The notes under the pieces are model-generated. The model saw only the letters and a program-made list of their open reading frames with translations. It was not told the origin of the DNA and did not search any database. From Polyangiales bacterium (GTDB lineage Bacteria > Myxococcota_A > Polyangia > Polyangiales > Ga0077539): 64,000 nt of DNA. The position numbers and the translations under genes are program-made. The first letter of the stretch is position 1. Each line of letters starts with the position of its first letter. Below are positions 1-8,988 of this stretch, piece after piece. Location: assembly GCA_046351515.1 (NCBI GenBank), contig JAXLYJ010000005.1, positions 178,892 through 242,891 on the forward strand, written 5' to 3'.

Positions 1-134
1 TACGACACCCCGCGCGGCGACGAACACGCCGCCACGCAACGCCCGCGCAGCGACGACGGGCGAGATGTGTAATTAAGTGAAGACTCGATAATGGTCGACG
101 CGAGCCAACCCGTCAAGACCGCGAGCGGCGATGC

Positions 135-914
135 TCACTCTTTCTTGGGCTCGATCTCGTCGATGCGGACCGCCTGCATGGTGCTGAGGCTCGGTCGCAT
201 GCGATTGGCGCGGGACATGCGCAGGTACATCGAGGCGTAGCGATCGTTGGGGTCGATCTCGAGCGCCTCTTGCCAGGCGCCCTCGGCGCCCAGGCGATCG
301 CCGCGCGAATAGCGCGTGACGCCGAGCTGAATCCGCGGCGGAAGAAAGCGCGGGTTGCTCGCGATCGCCTCGCGGTAGGTCGCCTCGGCTTCTTCGAGCT
401 GACCGCTGTCGCGCAGGACGTTGCCGAGTCGCGTGCGCAGGTCGGCGAACGACGGGCACAGCGCCAGGGCCTTTCGGTACTCGTCCACGGCGTGTCCGAG
501 CAGGCCGAGGTCCGCGTAGGCCTCGGCGACGGCGGCGTGGAGGTTGGCGAGCTTTCCTTTCGCGAACGGCTCGATGTCGTCGGGCGTGCGAGAGAGCGCG
601 CCGACGCCCTTGGCCGACAATCGCTGGTGAATCGCTCGCGCCTCGGCGAACTGGCCGAGCTCGTTGAGCGTCACCGAGAGGTTGATCAGCGCCTCGGTGT
701 AGTTCGGGTTGAGCGCCACCGCGGCCTCGAAGTGCTTGCGCGCCTCGGTGAACTCTCCGCGCGAGTGCTCGATGAACCCGAGCATGTTGCGCACGTCGGC
801 GTAGTCCAAGCCGCTCTCGATGAGCGATCGCAGCAGCGGCGCCGCCTTGTCGTACTCGCGCTGCGCGTAGTGCTCGCGCGCGAGGAGCAGCTGCTGCTTG
901 AGCGCTTCGTCCAC
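135..914 (-). CDS. TPR-repeat protein, about 260 aa; probable GTG start at 914 with a GGGGAG ribosome-binding site; the long N-terminal extension in the ORF track is rejected
   Basis: TPR-like repeats are visible in the translation (AEARKHFEAAVALNPNYTEALINLSVTLNELGQFAEARAIHQRL). Its start lies 15 bp downstream of the BamD stop on the same strand. Confidence 0.55.
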   Translation of the reverse strand: MDEALKQQLLLAREHYAQREYDKAAPLLRSLIESGLDYADVRNMLGFIEHSRGEFTEARKHFEAAVALNPNYTEALINLSVTLNELGQFAEARAIHQRLSAKGVGALSRTPDDIEPFAKGKLANLHAAVAEAYADLGLLGHAVDEYRKALALCPSFADLRTRLGNVLRDSGQLEEAEATYREAIASNPRFLPPRIQLGVTRYSRGDRLGAEGAWQEALEIDPNDRYASMYLRMSRANRMRPSLSTMQAVRIDEIEPKKE

Positions 915-928
915 GACCGCTCCCCCTC

Positions 929-1735
929 TCAAGTGCGCCCGATGTGCGCGAGATAGCGCCGCGCCGACGGGACGTACTCGCTCTCGCCGAAGTTCTCGAT
1001 CAACGACTGAAACGCCTCGCGCGCCTCCCGCGGACGGCCCTGCGAGAGGTACACCTCGCCGATCTTGAGCAGCGCTTGCGCCTCGAGCCCCGAGCCCGAG
1101 AAGCTCTCGAGCACCGTGCGCAGCCGCGCGATGGCCGCGTCGTGATGGCCGCGCGCGAGATAGAAATCCGCCACGTGGATCTCTCCCCGCGCGAGCACCG
1201 CGCGCGTCTGCTGCAGCAGCCTTCGCGCCTCGTCGCCGAACTCGCTCTGGCCGTTGTCGCGGATAAACGCCCGCAGCGAGTCCTGCGCGTCGAGCGCCGT
1301 CCCGAGGTCTCGCTCCCACGCCGACGGGACCAGCGCCCAGTCCTGCGGAATCTGCTGAAAGTGCGACTTCGCGATCATGAACCGCGCGTACGTCACCTCG
1401 GGCTGCGTCGGGTGGTAGCGGATCCAGTTGCGATACGAGCTGACCGCCTCGGGGTAGCGCTCGCTGCGAAAATCAATGTCCGCCAGGCGAAGCTCCGCCA
1501 GCCATCCCCAGCGCGAGACGCCGAACTCGCGCTTCACGCGGTTCATCGCCTCCTGCGCGTCCGTCCATTCGCCCGCGTCGAAGAGCGTCATCGCTTGCTC
1601 GTACTCGCGCCGCGCGCGATCGGAGTAGTTCAGCGTCGTGCGCCGCTGCTGCGAGGCGCACCCACTGGCTACCGTCGTAGCCATCAGCGCGAGCGAAAGA
1701 ATCGAGGGGAGGGCGAACAAACGTCGGCGTAGCAT
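929..1735 (-). CDS. bamD: Outer membrane protein assembly factor BamD (YfiO-family lipoprotein)
   Basis: Lipoprotein signal MLRRRLFALPSILSLALMATTVASGC with start ATG at 1735. The TPR-like BamD fold continues with ...LYEQAMTLFDAGEWTDAQEAMNRV...ADFYLARGHHDAAIARLRTVLESF. Confidence 0.7.
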   Translation of the reverse strand: MLRRRLFALPSILSLALMATTVASGCASQQRRTTLNYSDRARREYEQAMTLFDAGEWTDAQEAMNRVKREFGVSRWGWLAELRLADIDFRSERYPEAVSSYRNWIRYHPTQPEVTYARFMIAKSHFQQIPQDWALVPSAWERDLGTALDAQDSLRAFIRDNGQSEFGDEARRLLQQTRAVLARGEIHVADFYLARGHHDAAIARLRTVLESFSGSGLEAQALLKIGEVYLSQGRPREAREAFQSLIENFGESEYVPSARRYLAHIGRT

Positions 1736-1920
1736 CGTCGGTAGAGTGCGTTCGACCCGATGTTGAAAGTGTTCGGATCGTCGGTCGCGCGCAAGATAGA
1801 CAAGAGTCGGGCTCGAGGCCACCGCCGCTCGGATCAAATGTCGCAAACTCGCGATACCTTCTCTCCGCGCTCGTCGATCTTCGAGCTCTCCCCGCGCTCA
1901 CGAAAGGAAACACTCTCCCC

Positions 1921-2292
1921 ATGAATCGTTGGCTCGCTTCTGTTCTCTGTGCGCTCGTGTTGCCTGGCTGCTTCGTCTACACGCGGCCCGATCCGTACAC
2001 GGTCAACACGGGAGCTACCGTGAGCACCAACGTTCAGACCACCGGCGCGCAGTGCACCTGCATGCAGGGCGCCGCCGAGGTCTGCAACGGCTGCGATGAC
2101 AACTGCAACGGCTCGGTCGACGAGGGATGCTCGGGCGGCTCGGTCGTCACCACCAGCGTCGCGACCCCCACGGGCGGCGTCGTCGTCAACAACCCGCCCC
2201 CGCGCCAGTGCACCTGCGTGCAGGGCGCCCAAGAAATCTGCGGCAACGGCTGCGACGACAACTGCAACGGCTCGATCGACGAGGGCTGCTGA
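1921..2292 (+). CDS. Small cysteine-rich lipoprotein with two copies of a MopE-like putative metal-binding motif
   Basis: Lipobox LPGC follows MNRWLASVLCALV. The motif QCTC[MV]QGA.E.C.GCDDNCNGS.DEGC occurs twice as a direct repeat. AGGAAA lies upstream of the ATG. Confidence 0.6.
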   Translation: MNRWLASVLCALVLPGCFVYTRPDPYTVNTGATVSTNVQTTGAQCTCMQGAAEVCNGCDDNCNGSVDEGCSGGSVVTTSVATPTGGVVVNNPPPRQCTCVQGAQEICGNGCDDNCNGSIDEGC

Positions 2293-2337
2293 TCGCCGCG
2301 ACTTGCGCGCGCTGTCCCGCCCTGCGCGACGCCGCGC

Positions 2338-3978
2338 TCAGACCGAGATCGCGCCCTTTCTGAACTCGCTCGACGCGATCTTCACGTTGACGACCGCGGG
2401 GCGCTTCTCGGCCTCGGCCGCGCGAAACGCCGCTTCGAACGCGGGCCTCAAGTCCGAGGCCTTCTCGACCCACGCGCCGAAGCAGCCGAGCGCCTCGGCG
2501 ACCTTCTCGTAGCGCGTGTATTCGAGGGCCGTCGCGACGGCGCGGTCTTCGCCGTACATCTCGACCTGCCCGCGTCGGATCTGCGTCCATCCCGCGTCGT
2601 TGCCGATGACGCACACGACGGGAATCTTCTGGCGATACATCGCTTCGAGCTCCATCGCGTGGAGCCCGAACGAGCCGTCGCCGAACACGAGCACCACGCG
2701 CGAGTCGGGCCTGGCGAGCTTGGCGGCCATGGCGTAGCCGGGGCCGACGCCCAGCGTCCCGAGCGGTCCGGGGTCCATCCAGAAGCCCTTGGGCTTGACG
2801 TTGAGCACGTACGCCGCGGTCGCGACGAAGTCACCGCCGTCGCCGACGACGATGCTGTCCTCCTGCAAGAACTTGTCGAGCTCGGCGCACACGCGCAGCG
2901 GGTTGGGCGGATCGGAGTCGAGCTCCATCTCAGCGCGCATCTTCGCCTTGCGCTTGTCCTCGTCGCGACGAATCGCCGCGATCCAATCGCCCGCTTCGCG
3001 CTTGGGCAGCGCCGTCGTGAGCGCGCTCAGCATCAAGCCCGTGTCCGAGACGATGCCGACGTCGACGCCCTTGTTGTGGCCGATCTGCGCGGCGTCGCGG
3101 TCGACCTTGATGATCTTGGTGCCCGGGCTCCACGTGGGGGCGCGGCCGTAGTCGACGCGAAAATCAAAGGGCGTCCCGCACATGAGCACGACGTCCGCTT
3201 GCTCGAGCGCGGCGCGGCGCGAGCGCGTGAAGAGGCACGGGTGGTCGGGCGGGAGCGAGGCGCGGGCCATTCCGTTGCAGAAGGTCGGCATCGGAAAGTG
3301 CGCGAGGAGCGAGGCGAGCGAGTCGCGATCGGAGCTCCAGCGGAGCTGCGAGCCGATGATCGCGACGGGGCGCTCTGCTTCGGCGAGGAGATTCACAGCC
3401 TTCGAGAGGTAGTACGGGTCTGGCGCCGGCTGCGCTGCGGTGCGCGCCGTCGCAGGGTCGGGCCACTCTTCGACCGCGGCGAAGTTCATGAGAACGTCGA
3501 GCGGAAGCTCGAGGTACGTCGGGCCGGGGACGCCCGTGGTCGCGACGCGAAACGCCATACTCACGTACTCAGCGAGCCGGTCGGTGTGGATCACGCGCCA
3601 GCAGCCCTTCGTGATCGGCTTGATCAAATCCAGGTGATTCATGTCCTGCAGCGACCCGCGATCCGCGAGCAGTGCGGGCCCTGCGCCGCCGATGCACACC
3701 ATCGGAACGCCCGCGCGCTGCGCGTTCGCGAGCGCCGTCACCACGTCGGTCACGCCCGGCCCCGCCGTCACCGCGACCACGCCCGGGACGCCCGTCACCC
3801 GCGCCCACCCGTCCGCGCAGTGCCCCGCCGTCTGCTCGTGGCGCACGTCCACCACGCGGATCCCCGTGTCCAAACAGCCGTCGTAGATGGACTGGATGTG
3901 CCCGCCGCAGAGCGTGAACAAGTGCGTCACGCCTTCGCGCTTCAGTTGCTCCGCGACGATTCGACCGCCGTGCATCAT
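2338..3978 (-). CDS. Thiamine-pyrophosphate-dependent enzyme (acetolactate synthase / oxalyl-CoA decarboxylase superfamily)
   Basis: N-terminal TPP-enzyme Pyr domain ([19 protein letters not shown]...[19 protein letters not shown]), a central domain, and a C-terminal TPP-binding GDG...N motif region ([36 protein letters not shown]). Confidence 0.8.
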   Translation of the reverse strand: MMHGGRIVAEQLKREGVTHLFTLCGGHIQSIYDGCLDTGIRVVDVRHEQTAGHCADGWARVTGVPGVVAVTAGPGVTDVVTALANAQRAGVPMVCIGGAGPALLADRGSLQDMNHLDLIKPITKGCWRVIHTDRLAEYVSMAFRVATTGVPGPTYLELPLDVLMNFAAVEEWPDPATARTAAQPAPDPYYLSKAVNLLAEAERPVAIIGSQLRWSSDRDSLASLLAHFPMPTFCNGMARASLPPDHPCLFTRSRRAALEQADVVLMCGTPFDFRVDYGRAPTWSPGTKIIKVDRDAAQIGHNKGVDVGIVSDTGLMLSALTTALPKREAGDWIAAIRRDEDKRKAKMRAEMELDSDPPNPLRVCAELDKFLQEDSIVVGDGGDFVATAAYVLNVKPKGFWMDPGPLGTLGVGPGYAMAAKLARPDSRVVLVFGDGSFGLHAMELEAMYRQKIPVVCVIGNDAGWTQIRRGQVEMYGEDRAVATALEYTRYEKVAEALGCFGAWVEKASDLRPAFEAAFRAAEAEKRPAVVNVKIASSEFRKGAISV

Positions 3979-4065
3979 GGTGCGTCTTCTCTCCTGTCGT
4001 CGCGGATCGTGGGCGCGAACGACGCGCGCGAGCGTACCTCAACGGGATACAGTCACGTCCCTCTC

Positions 4066-4818
4066 ATGTGGCACCGGCATCGATCTGCTCCTGCGTCGGC
4101 GTGGTTCGCCGCTTCGCTCGGGCTCATCGCCGGGCTCGCGGTCTTCGTCACGCTCGACGCGACGGTCGTTCGGCCGGCGCTCGAACAGAGCGCGTTTACC
4201 GCAGGGATTCCGCGGGCAAAGCTCTCGAGTCCGTCCCGCGAGCGCGCGGTGTACCGCGTCGTCCTGCGCCCCCGCGAGCGCTCACAGAGCCCCTCGGGCG
4301 CCGAGGTCGTCGCGCATCGTTGGACCCTTCGCAGGCCCGCTTTGCGTGCGAGCGACGGCGCGCCTCCGCCCATCGTCGGCGAGGACACCACGTGCGTCGC
4401 CGAGGCCGATGGAGCGCGGGTCGAAGTCGCCCTCCCGCTGCGCAACAACGAGTGGGGCGAGGGCCGCGTGCGCGAGGTTCCTTCGAGGCTGCGCGCGGTG
4501 TTGCCCGAAGCGAGCGAGCCGGGCGCGGTGTACACCGAGTGGCGCGTGCTCGACGGGCAGCGCGCGGACGTCGTCGGGTGCGTGCGCGACGCGGGCGACC
4601 AAGATCCCTCGCGCGCCGATCGCCCAGCGCCGCGCGTGCTCGGAGACTGCGGCGACGGCGCTCCGTCGCGCGTGTTCTTGCTGCCCTCGCGCGCGGTCGC
4701 GCGGGCTCGATCGATGATCGCGCTCGAGCGCGTCTCCGCTGCGTCCGGCGCCTTCGCCATCGCCTGCGTGCTCGCGGGCTTCGGCGCGCTTCGCTCGTGG
4801 AAGAGCCGCGCGCCATGA
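4066..4818 (+). CDS. Bitopic membrane protein of unknown function (N-terminal and C-terminal TM helices)
   Basis: ATG at 4066. An N-terminal hydrophobic helix (AWFAASLGLIAGLAVFVTL), a roughly 190-aa soluble region, then a C-terminal helix (GAFAIACVLAGFGAL). Its stop overlaps the next start (ATGA). Confidence 0.5.
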   Translation: MWHRHRSAPASAWFAASLGLIAGLAVFVTLDATVVRPALEQSAFTAGIPRAKLSSPSRERAVYRVVLRPRERSQSPSGAEVVAHRWTLRRPALRASDGAPPPIVGEDTTCVAEADGARVEVALPLRNNEWGEGRVREVPSRLRAVLPEASEPGAVYTEWRVLDGQRADVVGCVRDAGDQDPSRADRPAPRVLGDCGDGAPSRVFLLPSRAVARARSMIALERVSAASGAFAIACVLAGFGALRSWKSRAP

Positions 4819-5510
4819 TGCTCTTCGGCCTGCTCGTCGCCCTCGCGTGCCTCTGCGTCGCGCTCTTGCTCGCGATCCGCGCGGCGCGCGCGCTGTGGTC
4901 GCGCTCGGGCTGGGTCATCGCGCGCACTCCGTGGGGCTCGCGAACGCACGCGGGGCTCGCGATCGCCTCGAGCGAAGAGACCGTCACCGCGCCCTTCAGC
5001 GGCCGGCCCGCGCTCTGGGTGCGCGCGCGCGTGATCGGCCCGCCGCCCGAAGGTGGGCCGCCGCGCGAGCTGTGGAGCCGCGTGCTCTCGGCGCCCGCAA
5101 CGGTTCGCACCCGCAACGGTCGCGCCGCGATTCAGTGGGAGAAAACCACGGTGATCGCGCGCGTCGAGTATCGCCGCGGGACCGAGAAGGTGCTCGAGCG
5201 CGAGGCTCCTGTGCTCTCGCGCGTCCTCGCGCGGGCCGGATACAAAGAGCGCCCCAAGGGATCGACGTTCTTCGAGCTCGAAGAAGAGATCCTCGCGCCC
5301 AACGCCCGCGTGATCGTGCGCGGCGAGCTCGGCGAGTCGTTCGAGCCCGTCGTCAGCGAGCCGAGCGTCGTCGTCTCGACGCTCGATCCGCTGCGGCTCG
5401 TGGCGCGGCAATCGTGGGGCGCCGTGCTGGCGTTGTGGTTCGCGCTGCTCGCGACGGGCGCCGGCGGCGGAGTGCTCGTCGCCGCCTGGTGGCTGCGGCG
5501 CGGCGGGTGA
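4815..5510 (+). CDS. Bitopic membrane protein, paralogous in architecture to the upstream gene
   Basis: MMLFGLLVALACLCVALLLAI is an N-terminal TM helix; a soluble middle domain follows; the C-terminal helix is WGAVLALWFALLATGAGGGVLVAAWWL. It is translationally coupled to 4066-4818. Confidence 0.5.
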   Translation: MMLFGLLVALACLCVALLLAIRAARALWSRSGWVIARTPWGSRTHAGLAIASSEETVTAPFSGRPALWVRARVIGPPPEGGPPRELWSRVLSAPATVRTRNGRAAIQWEKTTVIARVEYRRGTEKVLEREAPVLSRVLARAGYKERPKGSTFFELEEEILAPNARVIVRGELGESFEPVVSEPSVVVSTLDPLRLVARQSWGAVLALWFALLATGAGGGVLVAAWWLRRGG

Positions 5511-6266
5511 TCACTGCACCACGGCGATCACCCAGCTCGCGTCGTCCCAGTGATCGCTCTGCGCGACGATGCGCCGAAGGCGCGCGCTGGCCGCGGCAAG
5601 ATCGCCGCGCGCGAGCACGAGCGCCGACCGAAGCTCCTCGTGTTGTGCGCGCAGATGCAGCCCGTTGGTGCAGAGCAAGAACACCGTCGTCGGCGGCGCC
5701 CGCTCGATCGCGATGTCCGGCGCCATCGTCTCTGACAGGCCGAGCGAGCGCGTGACGATCAAGTGCATGCTGCCTTCGATCGAGGCGAGCTGCTCGCGCG
5801 TGGCGCTTCCTTCGAGCAGCAGTCGCTCTTGCGCGAGCGTGTGATCGAGCGTGCAGCTGTGCAGCTCGCCTTCGACCGTGAGCGCGTACGCGCGGCACTC
5901 TCCGGCGTGCGCGATCACCGCGTCGTCTCCCTCGAAGCCGATGGCGCAGATCGTCGCTCCGGAGCCTTGCAGCGCGACGTCTCTGCGCGCTCGCTCACAG
6001 AACAGCGCGTTCGCCCGGACGATCGACTCGCGCAAGAGCAGCTCTGCGCCCGGCGGCGCGCGCAGCTCGGCGGTGTGCGCCACCGTCGCGTGATAGGCCT
6101 CGATGAAGAGCTCTCTCGCGAGCTCTCCCGCGGCGGCGCGCATCGAGCTCATCCCGTCGAACACCGCGGCGATCTGCGCGGACTCGAGCACGAGCGTGGC
6201 GTCGTCGTTGCGCACCCCGCTGCCGGTGACCGAGTCCGCCACGAACCTCGCAGCTCGGCCGATCAC
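5511..6266 (-). CDS. PP2C-family Ser/Thr protein phosphatase
   Basis: PP2C motifs are present: GSGVRNDDATLVL...AAVFDGMSS, GATICAIGFEGDDAVIAHAGECRAY, and LLCTNGLHLRAQHEELRSA. A probable GTG start at 6266 overlaps the upstream stop (GTGA). Confidence 0.65.
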   Translation of the reverse strand: MIGRAARFVADSVTGSGVRNDDATLVLESAQIAAVFDGMSSMRAAAGELARELFIEAYHATVAHTAELRAPPGAELLLRESIVRANALFCERARRDVALQGSGATICAIGFEGDDAVIAHAGECRAYALTVEGELHSCTLDHTLAQERLLLEGSATREQLASIEGSMHLIVTRSLGLSETMAPDIAIERAPPTTVFLLCTNGLHLRAQHEELRSALVLARGDLAAASARLRRIVAQSDHWDDASWVIAVVQ

Positions 6267-7390
6267 TTGTGGTCCGAGCGCTTCTGCGTGCGCTTCTCCA
6301 AGATCTGCTTGGCGATGTTGCGCACCTGCATCGGGACCGTTCGGCTCTTTTCGAGCGCCTTCAGGTCGAACTCGGTCAGGTGGCTGAGCTGCGTGATGGC
6401 GATGTTCGCGGGCGTCTTGGGGTTGCGCGCGAGGTAGTAGCGCGTGCGCGAGCTCTTGAGCCAGTCGCCGCGACGAGAGATCTGCCGAAGCACCTCTTCG
6501 TTGGCCTCGGGCAGCATGGCGAGCTTCTGCACTTCGTCCGGTTGAATGCGCGGTGATTTGACGGCGGCCTCGGCGATCGAGCGCACGGGAGAGCACGCGA
6601 GCAGCCGTCGCTGCGCCGCCGAGCCGAGCATGGCGATGCGGATCTTCTCGCTGATGGTCATGTCCTCGATGCGCTTGGCGACCTTCTCGAAGTCGCCCTT
6701 GATCTCCTTCGCCTCGCCCTTCTCGTCGCGCACGAAGATGTCGCCGTCCTCGGTCTCGGCGATGGTCTGCGACTCGACGATGGACTCGCGAAACATCTCG
6801 TCGCTCGGGCACTCTTCGCCCGCTTCGGGGATGAGCGCGTTTTCGAGAGACTTTGCGATGTCAGCGAAGCCGGGAATATCCAGCTCGACGCCGTTGCGCG
6901 CGGCGAGCTCGCACAGTCGGTCGGCGGTGCTCATGCGCAGGTGCTCGTTGAGGTAGAGCGCTTCGATGATCGCTTTGTTCGCGAGCAGCCGCTGCTCGTT
7001 GGTGGCGATGAGCTCGCACAGGGCTTCGTCCGCGCGTCGGGCGATCGAGACGATGGTGTCGGCGAGCGCGGCGCTGTGCTTGACGATGCGCTCGTCGATG
7101 TCGCGACGATGCCCGTAGGTCTCGCTCAGCGCGTCGAGCACCGCAGGGTGAATGTCCGCGGCGGCGAGCGCGGCGTCGAGGACGGGCGGAGGCAGCTTGG
7201 CGAACGTGGCGGTCGCTGCGGCCTTCAGCTGCTCGTCGGCGTCGAACCGCGTGAGGTAGACGACGGAGACGAGGACGGGCGGGGGCAGAGGGGCCATTCC
7301 GCGCGCGGCCATCATGCGCAGCGGTCCTGGCGCGGCGATCGCCTTTTGCACGGGCGCCGCGAACGAGTCGAGAGGAGCGGGGTGGTGCAT
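6263..7390 (-). CDS. Hypothetical protein co-transcribed with the PP2C phosphatase
   Basis: A long ORF with coherent codon usage and a lysine-rich C-terminus. The start was taken at MHHPAPLDSF; alternatives lie upstream. No family was recognised by eye. Confidence 0.45.
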   Translation of the reverse strand: MHHPAPLDSFAAPVQKAIAAPGPLRMMAARGMAPLPPPVLVSVVYLTRFDADEQLKAAATATFAKLPPPVLDAALAAADIHPAVLDALSETYGHRRDIDERIVKHSAALADTIVSIARRADEALCELIATNEQRLLANKAIIEALYLNEHLRMSTADRLCELAARNGVELDIPGFADIAKSLENALIPEAGEECPSDEMFRESIVESQTIAETEDGDIFVRDEKGEAKEIKGDFEKVAKRIEDMTISEKIRIAMLGSAAQRRLLACSPVRSIAEAAVKSPRIQPDEVQKLAMLPEANEEVLRQISRRGDWLKSSRTRYYLARNPKTPANIAITQLSHLTEFDLKALEKSRTVPMQVRNIAKQILEKRTQKRSDHK

Positions 7391-7553
7391 CACGAGCGGC
7401 CGGTGAGTTGTAGCGCGAAACGACCGCGCGCTGACGGGCGTCGATCGAGTCGATCGGATTCGTGCGCGACGACCTCGCATCGACGCGTCCTCCGCGCCCG
7501 CCCACGCCGACGCGCGCGGAACGGTCGTTGCTCGTCAGCCTCTCCACGATCCA

Positions 7554-8984
7554 ATGATGAAACGCGCTTGCTCGCTTTCTGCGCTGCGCCCGTCGCAGCG
7601 ACGCTCGCGAAACGGGGGTTGCTTCGACGCTCGACGGTCGTGGGGCGATGTTCCTCTGGGTGCGGCAGTATGGCTCTCGCTGCTCGTCCCGAGCTCGGTC
7701 GCTGCGCAGGCGCGCACGCAGAGCGCGAGCGAGGCAGCGGTGGCGCCGAGCGTGGCGCCCGTTCCTCCGTTTCGAATGGCGCCCGCGGTGATCGAGCAGC
7801 CTTCGATGACGGAAGCAGAGATCGTTCGTCGCTGGCTCGCGTCCAACCGCGACGTCGCCGCGCTTCGGGCGCAGCTCGGCGCGAGCCGGTTCGACATCAT
7901 CACCGCTTCGCTCTGGCCCAACCCCACGCTCTCGATCAACTTCATGGGCACGCCCGTCGGAACACCGCCGGACGGTCGCATCAACGTCGGCGCTCAAGTC
8001 GGATTTTCACTGCCGGTCTTCGGGCAGATCTCCGCGCGCATCGCCGCTGCGAACGCCGCGCTCTCGCTCGCTGAGGTCAACGTCGCCATGCTGCTCTGGG
8101 CGCGCGCCGCGGATCTCCGAGACGCGATGGTCGAGCGCGCGTACGCCGACGCGCGCCTGGTCGTGGCCGAGCGCAACCTCCAAGAAATCACTCGCGTGCT
8201 CGACATCATCACGCGACGAACCGCCGCGGGAACCAACGCCGAATACGACAGGATCCGCGTGCAGCTCGCGCTCTCGACCCTGCGCGCCGCGCGGGACAAC
8301 GCCACGATCGAGCGCGCTCGCGCAGAGTCACGGCTCGTCGCGCTCGTGGGCGAGCAGCGCCCGTCGCCCCTGCCCATCACGCTGAGCGGCCTCGCGGCGT
8401 TTCGCGGCCCCGAAGACCTCGACGCGCTCGTCGCTGGCGCGCTCTCGCGAAGGCCCGACATCGAGCTCGCGCGTCGCGGCGTGCGCGCGGCAGAGGCGAG
8501 CGTGCGTCGCTGGCAGAGCGATGCCGTTCCTGTGCCGGGCGTGTGGCTCGGCGCCTACGCGACCGCGGGCGAGCCGAGCCTCTCGGTGATCGGCGGTCTG
8601 TCGCTCACGCTGCCGACGTTCGACCGCAATCAGGGCTTGATCGGCAGGGCGCGCGCCGAGTCGCAGAGCGGCCGCGAGCTCGAAGAGGCTACGCGTCGCC
8701 GCGTCGTCGAAGAAGTGCGAGGCGCTTGGGAGGCGCGGTCGCACGCACAGCAAGCGCTCGATCGGTTTCGAACCGACGCGCTCAGCGTGGCCGAGGACCT
8801 CGTGCGTCGAGCAGAGGCCACCTACCAGATCGGCGGTCACGGCTCGAACACGTTCTCGATCGTCGATCTGCTCGACGCGTATCGGACGCTCTGGGACGCT
8901 CGCGAACAAGAGGTCGCGCTGCAGCGAACGCGCGCCGACGCCGAAGCGGACCTCGAGCGCGCCGCGGCCCTCGTCACGCCGTGA
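7554..8984 (+). CDS. Outer membrane efflux protein (TolC / outer-membrane-factor family)
   Basis: A signal peptide (...AAVWLSLLVPSSVAAQA) followed by the two-repeat OMF architecture. Coiled-coil-rich repeats carry conserved segments (LSLAEVNVAMLLWARAADLRDAMVER..., ...TYQIGGHGSNTFSIVDLLDAYRTLWDAREQEVALQ). Confidence 0.7.
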   Translation: MMKRACSLSALRPSQRRSRNGGCFDARRSWGDVPLGAAVWLSLLVPSSVAAQARTQSASEAAVAPSVAPVPPFRMAPAVIEQPSMTEAEIVRRWLASNRDVAALRAQLGASRFDIITASLWPNPTLSINFMGTPVGTPPDGRINVGAQVGFSLPVFGQISARIAAANAALSLAEVNVAMLLWARAADLRDAMVERAYADARLVVAERNLQEITRVLDIITRRTAAGTNAEYDRIRVQLALSTLRAARDNATIERARAESRLVALVGEQRPSPLPITLSGLAAFRGPEDLDALVAGALSRRPDIELARRGVRAAEASVRRWQSDAVPVPGVWLGAYATAGEPSLSVIGGLSLTLPTFDRNQGLIGRARAESQSGRELEEATRRRVVEEVRGAWEARSHAQQALDRFRTDALSVAEDLVRRAEATYQIGGHGSNTFSIVDLLDAYRTLWDAREQEVALQRTRADAEADLERAAALVTP

Positions 8985-8988
8985 ACGC

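Noticed and set aside
270-956. 228-aa plus-strand ORF and many similar 60-500-aa ORFs across the track (e.g. 944-1732, 10084-11712, 11322-12797, 12824-14572, 18858-20168, 22583-24196, 59443-62568)
   Set aside because: They are antisense to well-supported genes. Their Arg/Ala/Gly/Pro-dominated translations are typical of wrong-frame ORFs in roughly 70% GC DNA, and they lack recognisable motifs.
4059-4083. Possible sigma-54 promoter (TGGCAC-N5-TCGA)
   Set aside because: The -12 element does not match TTGCW. It overlaps the start codon of the 4066 gene, so it was not called.
2659-4818. 719-aa plus-strand ORF
   Set aside because: Its first roughly 1400 nt are antisense to the TPP-enzyme gene and translate to Arg/Ala-rich low complexity. 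Only the segment from ATG 4066 onward looks like a real gene.
8752-8776. tRNA-like GGTTTCGAACCG palindrome
   Set aside because: It lies inside the outer-membrane-factor coding frame. There is no acceptor-stem or anticodon-arm context. It is just a TTCGAA palindrome.
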